This document shows, piece after piece, positions 9,300 to 17,883 of a stretch of 64,000 nucleotides of DNA. How positions within the stretch are numbered: the first letter of the stretch is position 1; each line of letters starts with the position of its first letter. The DNA comes from a virus: IMG/VR virus record IMGVR_UViG_3300050120_000135; one strand, given 5' to 3'. The notes beneath the pieces were generated by a model. The model saw only the letters and a program-made list of their open reading frames with translations, made no database searches and was not told where the DNA came from. The position numbers were made by a program, and so were the translations under genes.

Positions 9300-9476
9300 A
9301 TGGAACACGTGAAACCAAGGCAAATCCGAATTGAGGGAACTATTGCTGTGATCCCCCTCACACAAGGCCGCGTGGCAATCGTGGATGCGGCCGACGCCCC
9401 TCTATTCGAGGGGAACAATTGGCACGCGCACAGGGAAAGAAACGGTGGTACCTCAAAGAAAAAGGGCCGCCTGTGA
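9300..9476 (+). pseudogene. N-terminal remnant of an HNH/AP2-type endonuclease (58 aa)
   Basis: MEHVKPRQIRIEGTIAVIPLTQGRVAIVDAADAPLFEGNNWHAHR... resembles the N-terminal portion of about 150-200 aa HNH endonucleases. It stops before any HNH motif. Confidence 0.45.
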
Positions 9477-9484
9477 AGCGGCCC
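9464..9484 (-). terminator. rho-independent terminator of the minus-strand lysis/late operon
   Basis: Stem GGGCCGC/GCGGCCC. On the minus strand it is followed by TTTTTCTTT. Confidence 0.65.
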
Positions 9485-9566
9485 TAAGTCACAAGGAGGA
9501 AACGCTCAAACCAAGAGCAGCGATAACGCAAAAGCGCTACCGCACCCGGGCTCCATAGTACGCCGG

Positions 9567-9995
9567 TCAGCGAAGCGCCAGCATCAGGACCAGGACGACC
9601 GCGGTCAGCGCCATCGACAACAGCCAGGGACCGTCGCCGTGGTCAGGCCTCGTCAGCGCGCGGATCTTGCATAAGGCGCCGACTACGATCAGCGCGCCGC
9701 CAGCGATCAGCAGCAGCTCCTGCATGGGATTGAATGCACCGCCACCGCCGAAGCGGCGCCATGCCCAAATAGTCACCGATCGGAGACATACGCCGGAATC
9801 GGAAATGAAGACTGCGAGGATCAGATCCATGCTCGGCGGCAGTGCAAACCAGTCCAGCGCGTTAAGACCTCGCCTCCTGGTTTCCCTCATCAGATAAATC
9901 GACAGCAGCACGAGCCAGAGCAGCTCCGGCGTGATGGCTCCTCCGTTCAGCATCTCGAGGAAAAATGCCGACGTCGAAGCTGCCCGCTGAATCAT
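9567..9995 (-). CDS. integral membrane protein (about 4 TM), last gene of the late block
   Basis: Internal ATG (MIQRAAST...) is ATGA-coupled to the upstream gene. Multiple hydrophobic helices. Confidence 0.6.
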   Translation of the reverse strand: MIQRAASTSAFFLEMLNGGAITPELLWLVLLSIYLMRETRRRGLNALDWFALPPSMDLILAVFISDSGVCLRSVTIWAWRRFGGGGAFNPMQELLLIAGGALIVVGALCKIRALTRPDHGDGPWLLSMALTAVVLVLMLALR

Positions 9996-10240
9996 TTGTC
10001 TTCCGGCTTCGGCTCGAGCGGCGACTTCGCTTCCTGCACGGCTTCGAAGACCGTTGTCATGAACGGGATGTTGTGATTGTGCACCCACACGTCGGCCATG
10101 ATCGCCCGCGGTGCATCGGTCGAATGGGAGTATTTCTGCATTTTCACGAGTAGCTCACCGCTGACGTTCATCGCGCGATCGTAGGCGTCCGAGCCAGGGG
10201 ATGGCGAACCAAACACCTTGCGCATGAGAGTTCCAATCAT
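9992..10240 (-). CDS. hypothetical protein (82 aa)
   Basis: Only the C-terminal part of ORF 9992..10465 (MIGTLMRKVF...) looks coding. ATGA-coupled. Confidence 0.55.
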   Translation of the reverse strand: MIGTLMRKVFGSPSPGSDAYDRAMNVSGELLVKMQKYSHSTDAPRAIMADVWVHNHNIPFMTTVFEAVQEAKSPLEPKPEDK

Positions 10241-10440
10241 GCCCTGCGCTCGTTGAACAGAAACTGGTCTAGCCTGGTCGCTACCGCGATGACCTTCTCG
10301 GCCAGGGCCTCGACTTTGCCACCTAACGTCTTGTTCTCCGACAGCAGCCGCAATCGCTCGCGCTCTTGCCATATCACGGCTCCCATCAGCAGCGGCGAGA
10401 TATAGGCGCCCGCCTCTTTCGCCCATGCAATCCAATCCAT
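10237..10440 (-). CDS. small membrane/coiled-coil protein (lysis-associated?)
   Basis: 67 aa. An N-terminal hydrophobic segment is followed by a charged helix. Confidence 0.55.
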   Translation of the reverse strand: MDWIAWAKEAGAYISPLLMGAVIWQERERLRLLSENKTLGGKVEALAEKVIAVATRLDQFLFNERRA

Positions 10441-10473
10441 AGGCCGCCGCCTTTGCTGTTGGCATTTGCGCCG

Positions 10474-10791
10474 TCAGTCGTCGCCGGCATCCTCCGACCT
10501 GGACTTCGCGAGAGCCGCATCGAAGTCATGATCGTAAACCGCGCTCATTTCGCGCAGCTGCTGGATCTGCTCGGCCGTGGTGGCCTTGTTGTTTGACAAC
10601 GCCGTGATGGCGTCGGTGACGATCGGCTTCAGCGCCTTGTACTCCTTCAGCGCCAGCGGACCGTATTCGGTCAGCACCGTGATGACGGTGCCGACGACGC
10701 CGGTGCTCGCGGTGGCGAGCGTCGGCAGAAGTGCCTTGATAAGACTGAAGACGGCCGGAACGCCGGCCGCGGCGATTGCTGCAATGCTCAA
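10474..10791 (-). CDS. membrane protein (105 aa), lysis-cassette member
   Basis: N-terminal TM-like MSIAAIAAAGVPAVFSLIKALL... and an acidic C-terminus. Confidence 0.6.
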   Translation of the reverse strand: MSIAAIAAAGVPAVFSLIKALLPTLATASTGVVGTVITVLTEYGPLALKEYKALKPIVTDAITALSNNKATTAEQIQQLREMSAVYDHDFDAALAKSRSEDAGDD

Positions 10792-11210
10792 TTCGCGCTC
10801 CCGATGTTGTAGGTAGTGAAGATGTTCTGCAGCGTCGATATTGAAATTTTCAACACGTCGTAAAGGCCCTGGTCGCCGATCGCGTCAGGGTGTGCCTCGA
10901 CAAAGCCGAGCAGTTGATCCCGTGACGACCGCCCCGTCAGAATCGCGGTAGCGATCGTCTCGCGAATTGGAACGGACATGCAGGTCGGCTTCTGGATGCC
11001 TTTCGGGCATCGCGGCTGACTGATGTAGACCGTTGCCGTTGCCTCGACAGCGTTGAACGCGCTTACCGCGACCTTGATGGCCGCCTTGTTGACGACGACC
11101 GAAGCCGCCACCGCCCACGTCTGCCGCAGCGTGTCGATCGCGCCGCACCCGGCGACCGATACCGACAGCAGCACCAGCGCTGCCGCCAATCTGAAGAACC
11201 GCATCGCCAT
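10788..11210 (-). CDS. lipoprotein (140 aa), possible outer-membrane spanin-like or exclusion protein
   Basis: Signal peptide with lipobox LSVSVAG|C. Confidence 0.7.
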   Translation of the reverse strand: MAMRFFRLAAALVLLSVSVAGCGAIDTLRQTWAVAASVVVNKAAIKVAVSAFNAVEATATVYISQPRCPKGIQKPTCMSVPIRETIATAILTGRSSRDQLLGFVEAHPDAIGDQGLYDVLKISISTLQNIFTTYNIGSAN

Positions 11211-11239
11211 TTTCTCCCCGTTAGATTTTCGATTGAAAG

Positions 11240-11731
11240 TTAAGCTGTCGGTGCCGGGTTCGGCGGTGCCGGCGGCAATGCTGCAGGCGTCGACACCACA
11301 TTGCCGCTCGTAGCAGCAAGCGGCGCCAGCTCCGCATTGACGACGCCGCGCGATCCGATGTCCGGAGAAGACGCCGCGTTGACGAGCGCCACCTTGGCTT
11401 CAAGGTTCCCTGCCTTCGCCAGAGCAAAGACGCGGTTCACCGCGTTGCCGATTCCGCCAGCATCGATACCCCACTTGGTGAGTACGGCCGCGATCACGGG
11501 GAAAACGATAAACCAGATGTCAGCCGCAGCACCGATGAAGGTCCGCAGCGATTCGTACATCAGGTTCGCGCTTTCGAGGATCGACGCCTGCTGGTCCGGC
11601 GAGAAAGTGCCGAGGAACATGAAGATCGCCATGCCGCCCATGCTGAAGACGGTCGCGTAGCGAGATCCCGTCTTGACCTTGTTCGTCGTGTCAGTGGGCG
11701 CCGGCAGGTTCGCGGTCGTGGTCTCGGCCAT
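11240..11731 (-). CDS. holin-like membrane protein
   Basis: GGGAGAA RBS before MAETTT. Two clear TM helices. Lies directly downstream of the endolysin. Confidence 0.5.
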   Translation of the reverse strand: MAETTTANLPAPTDTTNKVKTGSRYATVFSMGGMAIFMFLGTFSPDQQASILESANLMYESLRTFIGAAADIWFIVFPVIAAVLTKWGIDAGGIGNAVNRVFALAKAGNLEAKVALVNAASSPDIGSRGVVNAELAPLAATSGNVVSTPAALPPAPPNPAPTA

Positions 11732-11796
11732 AGCCGTTTTCTCCCGTGTGGGTGGATGGTCCTTACACGTCCGCGCGCGCGGACGCATCAAGATTC

Positions 11797-12354
11797 TTAG
11801 GCAGCAATCGACAAATCGGTGAAGAAGGCCTTTGCGATCGCGGCAATCTCGGCCGCCTTGTCCGTGCCGTTAATTATGCGCCTTGCGTTCAGCCAGTCGG
11901 TTTTATCCTTGCTGAAATAGTCCGCCAGTTTCTTGCCGGTGAACACGCCGCCGATCATACCCTCGAACATCACGAAGGCCGCGACGTCCGGATCGAGCGC
12001 GAGCTCCGGGTTCGCCATCAGATCAGTCTTGAAGCCGGCAGCCTGGAGCAGCTTCGTCATCTTCTTGTAATTGTAGTCCCACGTCAGCTGCACATAGCCG
12101 CGGCCATACCATGGATAATATCGCTTCGACTTCAGGTAGGCGAGCCCTCCTCCTTCCTTGATCGGCTGCATCGTGTGATCGGTTTCCCACTTCGTCGTCG
12201 CCAGCATGTAGGCGAGCCAGCGCAGGTCCGAAAGCTGCTTGCGCCGCTCCCACTCATCGAGTATCGCGGACGTGCCGGAGACCTGCCCTGTGGTCAGCTT
12301 TCCCGAGAACGGTTGTTGCCGGATGCCAGCAAAAAACTTTTGCCTGTTGATCAT
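11797..12354 (-). CDS. endolysin, glycoside hydrolase family 19 (chitinase-like)
   Basis: 185 aa. YGRGYVQLTWDYNY matches the GH19 signature. Confidence 0.9.
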   Translation of the reverse strand: MINRQKFFAGIRQQPFSGKLTTGQVSGTSAILDEWERRKQLSDLRWLAYMLATTKWETDHTMQPIKEGGGLAYLKSKRYYPWYGRGYVQLTWDYNYKKMTKLLQAAGFKTDLMANPELALDPDVAAFVMFEGMIGGVFTGKKLADYFSKDKTDWLNARRIINGTDKAAEIAAIAKAFFTDLSIAA

Positions 12355-12372
12355 AGCTTCGCCCTTTTTTTT

Positions 12373-12622
12373 CTACTCAACGGAGTCGGTGTTGCCATAG
12401 TAAAGCACGTTTAGGATTGCCCCGGCGGCCTGGCCGGCGAACTGAAGGGCCGAAAGATTGCCGACGTAATGAAGCGACTCTCCGACCGGGAGCGGCATCC
12501 CGACTTTGGCGGTCGGCGGCGGACCGTCGTCACGATATCGGACCGCCGCGCCTTCCGCAATGATCGAGACCAGAAACTCCGATCGCGCTTAGGCCGATCG
12601 CGAAGGAGCCGATAGCCGGCAT
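12373..12622 (-). pseudogene. frame-interrupted paralog of the signal-peptide protein at 28441..28773
   Basis: The ATG at 12622 opens a 30-codon frame (MPAIGSFAIGLSAIG...). The +1 frame (12588..12373) encodes ...FLVSIIAEGAAVRYRDDGPPPTAKVG...LNVLYYGN, matching AFIQAEAQAVRYRDDGTDPSATVG...LNISYYK. Confidence 0.5.
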
Positions 12623-12632
12623 CAGTTGTTTT

Positions 12633-15600
12633 TCATTGCCTTCGTCCAACGTTTTTCATGGCGTCGATTTCGGAGCGCAAATTGTCGTTGTCGGTTTTGA
12701 GTTTTTGGATTGCGCCAGCAAGCACCGCTGTCATTTCCTGATAGCGGACGCCGCTGAGTATGCCCTTGGGGTCGCGACCAACCAAGCGCTCATCAACTAG
12801 CATTACTTCTTCTGCACCGAACCCGAACTGCTCATAATGCCCGCTGTCTCCGTAGCCGGGCTTATAGCGGAACGCGAAAGGATTAAGCCTTGACACAATG
12901 TCGAGGGCTTTTCCCGGTGCCAGATGTTCGGTTATATTTTTTGCCGCCATAATCGAAGTCAGGCATCCGACCGTGGTGTCCACCGTGAACTTGCCGGTCC
13001 CCGTCGTCCAGCAAACAGTTCCGGTTTGTGCTGCCGATGATGTTGTAATGCTTGGCATAAAAATCTGCGCGGACAAACTTAAAGATGGAGCGGTAACTGT
13101 GCCGCTTTGTGAGGTGAGATTGAGGCCGCCGTCTACGGTCGATCGAAAGATCGTCGTTCCACCGCCAATGTCGATGACGCCTAAACCAGGGGCCAAAGTT
13201 AAATTTTGCCCTACTGCGATCGTTAATCCGTTCGTAAACGTTGTCGCAGGCGTAATCGTTACCGCGCCGGTCGAGACTGATCCGATCCCGATCGTACCCG
13301 AGCCCTTTGCGTTTATCGTCACGTTCGCACTCGATCCGGAGTCGATAGCCGCGATCGCGACGGTGCCGCCAGTCACGGCTCCCGTGACCTTTAATCCCGC
13401 CGCCTGCGATGCCGGCGAGGCATCGATAAGAAACGCCGGATTGGTTGCTCCATTAAGCCCGACTGCGAGCGCCGACGCCGACGCCGACGTGATGGTATGA
13501 ACACCACTTCCGAGCGTCGTGAACGTTCCGGCTAACGGGGTCGAAGTCCCGATTATGACGTTGTTGATCTGATTTCCGCCACCCGCGATCGTGCCGCCAA
13601 GCGTAAATGCATTAACGGTAGTCGGAGAGATCGTGCCGAATACCTGCGTTCCCGTGAACGTCTGTCCGGCATCGGTTCTAGCTATCGTCGCACTCGTCGA
13701 CGGAAACGTCATCGTCGTCGTGTCGGTGCCGGAGATCGTGATCGAATTATTAAACGTCAGCGTCTTTCCGGCCGCTCCCGTCAACGTATAGGTGCCGGTC
13801 GTTAAGGTATTGCCGTTATAGCTCGTCGCCGTAATAGCGCCGGCGCCGGAGATATTGTTACTCCCCATCGATATGGTACCGGCGGCCGTAAAGGCGTTGA
13901 TCGTCGTCGCCCCAATCGTCGCGGCGGTTAGCGTTCCGGTGAAGGTCGGGCTCGCGGAGAAGACCAAGTTCGTAGAGGTCGTGCCGGTCGTGCCGGCGGC
14001 CGAAAGTCCGGTGATGTTGTTGAAGCACGTTATGGAGGCGGCGGAGCAATTCGTCCCGCCGTTCGCGACCACCAACGTGCCGGCGAGCGTAATCGCGCCA
14101 GTCGTCGCGGAGTTCGGCGTCAGCCCCGTCGTTCCGGCCGAAAACGACGCAACCGACCCGCCCGTCGTCGCCAGCGTCCCGCTGGTCGGAAACGTGACGT
14201 TGGTCGTGCCGGTCAGCGTTCCCGTGAACGGGAAGGCGCCCGACATCGTGAAGTTGCCGGCGGTGGATAAATTGCCGCCAAGGCTTAGGGTTCGAGAAGC
14301 GTTGTTAATCGCGATCGTCAGTACGCGCTGCGCGGTGTTGCCGGCCTCCGTGTTGGCGATCACCAAATTGAAGCCGGACGTCGGATTGGCGAGCGAGAAC
14401 CCGGTCGCGCCGCCGATCGTGCCGTTGTTGAACGCCCCGCCGTTGATCAGCGTGCCGATCAAACCGTAGGCGCCGCCCGCTCCGCCGCCGACCGGACCGC
14501 TGACGATTCCGTTGCTGGGCGGCGTCACGACGCACGGAGCCGTAACGTCGTTGTCGAACCAGATTCCTGTTCCGGTTACGTTGGCGGTATTGCCCGGGGT
14601 CTCACACTGCGCGTTCCACAGTTTAGTCGACCCGCCTAGCAACTGATAAGCGGTCGTCGTGTGCGCGCTAGTCCCGTCGGCATTGAACGAAACGTAGGTG
14701 TTGCCCTCCGTGGAGTTGTCGAAGAGACCGAACGATCCGCCCCACGTCTGCGCGATACAATTCGTACAGGTTCCCTTGTTGCTGTCAGAACCTTCAATGT
14801 GGAAGCTATCGCCGTAGGAGTGACGACCCAAGACGTTGTCGAGCTGCCAGTTGTCGGCGATCGCTCCGGTCGGCGTCGAGGCCGCTCCCGATAATACCGC
14901 GACGCTGTGGCCGCCGAACCCGGATACTGCCCCCTGATTGCCGACCTGAAGCTGCGCGCCCCTGAAGAACGCGCACTGAATCGTCAGCCCGTTGTTGCTG
15001 CCTGCGCTGGTGTCGCTTCCCAACAGAAAGCCGTTCGCGATTACGCTGAATTGCGCGGCGTTCAGGCAGATCGGTCCGGCGACGCCGGCGTTGAACAGGA
15101 GCGTCGAATTGTTGAGGTCGAGGAAGGTTCGCTTCGATATAACCGGCTGCGTCGCGATGCCGGTGTAGTTGTTCGACAGGAGGACGATCGTCCCGCCGGT
15201 CGCCGGAAGCGCCGCTTCCGCGGCGTTGATCTGTGCGCCGATGTCGGAGCCGGCGAATGAATTGGCTAAAAGGTAGGAGCCTCCCGCGACCGCGATTCCG
15301 TTCACGTAGAGACCGGCCGCATTGATGGTTCCGCTTCCCTGACTCCCGCCCGTGACGGTCGACGGCCAGGTGAGACCACCGTCGTTTTCGACGTGCCCAC
15401 GACTCGTCAGAGTCGTGCTTCCGATAAGCGTCGTAGCAAAATCAATGAAGGTAGGATGGCTGGTGTTCGACCAGGTCGCGGCGGAGAAAATTCGGACCGC
15501 GCCGGCCGGTCCCGCTCGCGTCGCGCCGTCGAAGCCGAAACCGTTCAGCGAGACGATTTCGTTATTCGCAACAAGCGTCGTCGGCGACGCCTTCGTGCCG

Positions 15601-16145
15601 TTGGCGCGAACTCCCGTGAAATGAGACGCCGCCGCGTAGCTGTCCGCCTCTATGCGCGCGACCGCGCCGTTGCCCTGGCTGGCCTGCAGAACCGTCCCGG
15701 CCTGAATCGCGTCGGCGCCGGACGAATTTCGATTGATGATCTGCGTGTCGAGGAACGTGTTCGTCGCGTTCGTGACGGCGCAGACCGGGCAGGCCGCGTT
15801 GATGAGGTCGACGGTCGCGCCGTTGATGCGCGCGAACAGGCCAGCGGTCGTGCACCACTGATCGCCGTTTATCGGGGATGCGGGAGCGGTGCCGCATGTC
15901 AGGTTGAAGCCCGCCGTCGACGCGCCCGGAGCTGCGGTGACGATGCGACCTGAGAAGGTGCCACCGGCGACGTTCATCGGCGTATAGCCAAGCACGTCCT
16001 GCTTGCTGGCGAACAGGTTGTTCCACTGCGCCGGAGTCAGCACTTGGCCTTGCGTAAAATGCGGATTCGTCTGCGCAAGCGCGGGATTCGGCAGCAGCGC
16101 TGCTGCGAAAATGATGCCGGCTAGTAGCTTCTTCAGCGTCTGCAT
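12633..16145 (-). CDS. tail fibre / tailspike-like protein with beta-helix region and C-terminal S74 intramolecular-chaperone domain
   Basis: 1170 aa. AAGGA RBS upstream. The C-terminal 107 aa (SIMAAKNI...FGFGAEEV...VRYQEMTAVLAGAIQKL) fit the Peptidase_S74 chaperone domain. Contains G/T/S-rich fibre repeats. The N-terminus is signal-peptide-like. Confidence 0.85.
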   Translation of the reverse strand: MQTLKKLLAGIIFAAALLPNPALAQTNPHFTQGQVLTPAQWNNLFASKQDVLGYTPMNVAGGTFSGRIVTAAPGASTAGFNLTCGTAPASPINGDQWCTTAGLFARINGATVDLINAACPVCAVTNATNTFLDTQIINRNSSGADAIQAGTVLQASQGNGAVARIEADSYAAASHFTGVRANGTKASPTTLVANNEIVSLNGFGFDGATRAGPAGAVRIFSAATWSNTSHPTFIDFATTLIGSTTLTSRGHVENDGGLTWPSTVTGGSQGSGTINAAGLYVNGIAVAGGSYLLANSFAGSDIGAQINAAEAALPATGGTIVLLSNNYTGIATQPVISKRTFLDLNNSTLLFNAGVAGPICLNAAQFSVIANGFLLGSDTSAGSNNGLTIQCAFFRGAQLQVGNQGAVSGFGGHSVAVLSGAASTPTGAIADNWQLDNVLGRHSYGDSFHIEGSDSNKGTCTNCIAQTWGGSFGLFDNSTEGNTYVSFNADGTSAHTTTAYQLLGGSTKLWNAQCETPGNTANVTGTGIWFDNDVTAPCVVTPPSNGIVSGPVGGGAGGAYGLIGTLINGGAFNNGTIGGATGFSLANPTSGFNLVIANTEAGNTAQRVLTIAINNASRTLSLGGNLSTAGNFTMSGAFPFTGTLTGTTNVTFPTSGTLATTGGSVASFSAGTTGLTPNSATTGAITLAGTLVVANGGTNCSAASITCFNNITGLSAAGTTGTTSTNLVFSASPTFTGTLTAATIGATTINAFTAAGTISMGSNNISGAGAITATSYNGNTLTTGTYTLTGAAGKTLTFNNSITISGTDTTTMTFPSTSATIARTDAGQTFTGTQVFGTISPTTVNAFTLGGTIAGGGNQINNVIIGTSTPLAGTFTTLGSGVHTITSASASALAVGLNGATNPAFLIDASPASQAAGLKVTGAVTGGTVAIAAIDSGSSANVTINAKGSGTIGIGSVSTGAVTITPATTFTNGLTIAVGQNLTLAPGLGVIDIGGGTTIFRSTVDGGLNLTSQSGTVTAPSLSLSAQIFMPSITTSSAAQTGTVCWTTGTGKFTVDTTVGCLTSIMAAKNITEHLAPGKALDIVSRLNPFAFRYKPGYGDSGHYEQFGFGAEEVMLVDERLVGRDPKGILSGVRYQEMTAVLAGAIQKLKTDNDNLRSEIDAMKNVGRRQ

Positions 16146-16157
16146 TGAGCGGTCCTT

Positions 16158-16805
16158 TTAGATCGTGAAGTCTGGAAGCTGCCAGCTGTCGATGGTCTCG
16201 AGCGTAAGATCCTCGATGTCATGGTGCGCCTGCGCTGCTGCCCGCTCTGTCTCGTTGATACGGCGTCGGCGCTCGACTTGCTCGAGCAGATGCTTCGTAT
16301 CTTCGGGCGCACGCCGGCGATCAATCTCGGCGCCGACGTCAACGGTGGCAGATAATCCCGTCGCCTTTGCGATGGTCCTGATCACGCCCTGCTTCGACAA
16401 CTCCGCTGACAGTTTGGCGTCGGCTTCGCGAATGTCATTCTCTCGCAAATTGAGGGCACGGCGCTTACCAAGTGGAACGATGGCAGCGATCGCCGCGGCC
16501 TCCGCGGCCGACACCGCACGCAGAAGGTCGTTTTTCTTCGACTGCAGAACCTGCATTGGCGTCGGATCGTCGTTGACGACTTCGTAATCCGCCACGTCAT
16601 TCTCATTGACGGCCGCCTCGACCAGCGGGTGCGCACTAGGCCGAGGGTACGCGACGTGCCTCTCGATCGCCGGCAGGTCCGGCTTGCCTTCGTCCGCACG
16701 AACGCTTGCCATGTGAGCGCGCCAATTTCGCATCTCGAGCGCGTGCGCGGCCACCGCTACCTCAAAGTCGGCCTGGATTTGGGACTTCAATACTCGGTAG
16801 GTCAT
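16158..16805 (-). CDS. hypothetical protein between the two fibre genes (215 aa)
   Basis: ATGA-coupled to the upstream fibre gene. Charged, helical composition. Confidence 0.6.
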   Translation of the reverse strand: MTYRVLKSQIQADFEVAVAAHALEMRNWRAHMASVRADEGKPDLPAIERHVAYPRPSAHPLVEAAVNENDVADYEVVNDDPTPMQVLQSKKNDLLRAVSAAEAAAIAAIVPLGKRRALNLRENDIREADAKLSAELSKQGVIRTIAKATGLSATVDVGAEIDRRRAPEDTKHLLEQVERRRRINETERAAAQAHHDIEDLTLETIDSWQLPDFTI

Positions 16806-17869
16806 AGCTTGATGTTCCAGAAGACGGTGAGGTTTTGCGAGACGGTGTTGTGCGCGGCATTGGAGCCCGAGGAAGCGTTGTTGATCGTGATCCCGGTCGC
16901 CGCGAACGACGTTGCTGTGGCGGTATTTTGGGCGCTGACCGCTAACCCGCCGGAAGCTGCGTTGACCGTGGTAACGGGCGCCAGCATACCGTGCTGGTGG
17001 GTGGGGTCGGTGAGCGAGTTGGCGTGCGAATGAGCCGCGAGCTCGCCCGTCACGAGCACATGGAGGTTCTCGCCGAGGAATGAACCAGGTGTCGTCGCAT
17101 TCCCTAGGATGATCGGAACGCCGCTGAGCCGCACGGTGGGAGCTACCAGGTTTCCCATCGTGTCTACGCCTACTACCCCGCGCCCTCTCATGTCCGGGGT
17201 TGCCAAAGCCTTGTTGGCGGCAAAATCGGCGTCTGGATTTGCCCCCCTTGTTGTGGGGGTTTGAGTGCTGTCATAGATCGGACAGGCGGTGTTGGAGAAA
17301 CGTAGCCAGATCGACCGGAAGGCCAGCAGCGCGTCGGCGTTCGCGCGACCCATCGCGTTCGACGCCGCGTTGCCGACGGTCAGGGTGTTAGCTGCGACGA
17401 AGCCGGTCGGCACCGTCGAGGAAAACGACGGCACCGGCGTACCCGGGGAGATGCGGCCCGGGTCCGGCACCCAATTCGCCGCCGAGACCGAGTCGGGATC
17501 GGTTGTGTTGTTGTCCGCCGTCGACATCCAGAAGTCGCCGGGGACGACGTTAGACATCACGATCGCATACTTCGGATAGCCTCCGCTGCCCGTCGCAAAG
17601 GTGGCATCATACGAGATCGAACCGCCCGCCTCGACCCACTGACACCATTGCGTGATCTGCTTCAGCAGCCCGTTCATATCCTGACCAAATGGCGGAACGC
17701 CACCGGCGCCTAGCGGCGTAAAATTGTCTGGCACGAAGCCGTCGGTAAGCGATGCCGCGCCGTCCTGGACACCGATCTGCGACGCCACCGGAATTGGTCG
17801 GATGAACGCACCGGCTGCCGCGTTCGCAAAGGGAATGGGGAATGAGGGCGGCGGGCTGGACAGCAGCAT
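16802..17869 (-). CDS. tail fibre protein with phage tail-collar domain
   Basis: 355 aa. C-terminal LVTGELAAHSHANSLTDPTHQHG is tail-collar-like. GAGGGAAA RBS upstream. Confidence 0.8.
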   Translation of the reverse strand: MLLSSPPPSFPIPFANAAAGAFIRPIPVASQIGVQDGAASLTDGFVPDNFTPLGAGGVPPFGQDMNGLLKQITQWCQWVEAGGSISYDATFATGSGGYPKYAIVMSNVVPGDFWMSTADNNTTDPDSVSAANWVPDPGRISPGTPVPSFSSTVPTGFVAANTLTVGNAASNAMGRANADALLAFRSIWLRFSNTACPIYDSTQTPTTRGANPDADFAANKALATPDMRGRGVVGVDTMGNLVAPTVRLSGVPIILGNATTPGSFLGENLHVLVTGELAAHSHANSLTDPTHQHGMLAPVTTVNAASGGLAVSAQNTATATSFAATGITINNASSGSNAAHNTVSQNLTVFWNIKL

Positions 17870-17883
17870 CGTTTATTTTTCCC

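Noticed and set aside
13855-14469. Several plus-strand ORFs (12898..13500, 13855..14469, 15393..15953) inside the fibre gene
   Set aside because: They are antisense shadows of the repetitive G/T/S-rich fibre coding sequence, with no start context or motifs.
12633-16145. Possibility of a diversity-generating retroelement acting on the fibre gene
   Set aside because: No reverse transcriptase gene and no template/variable repeat pair could be seen anywhere in the window.
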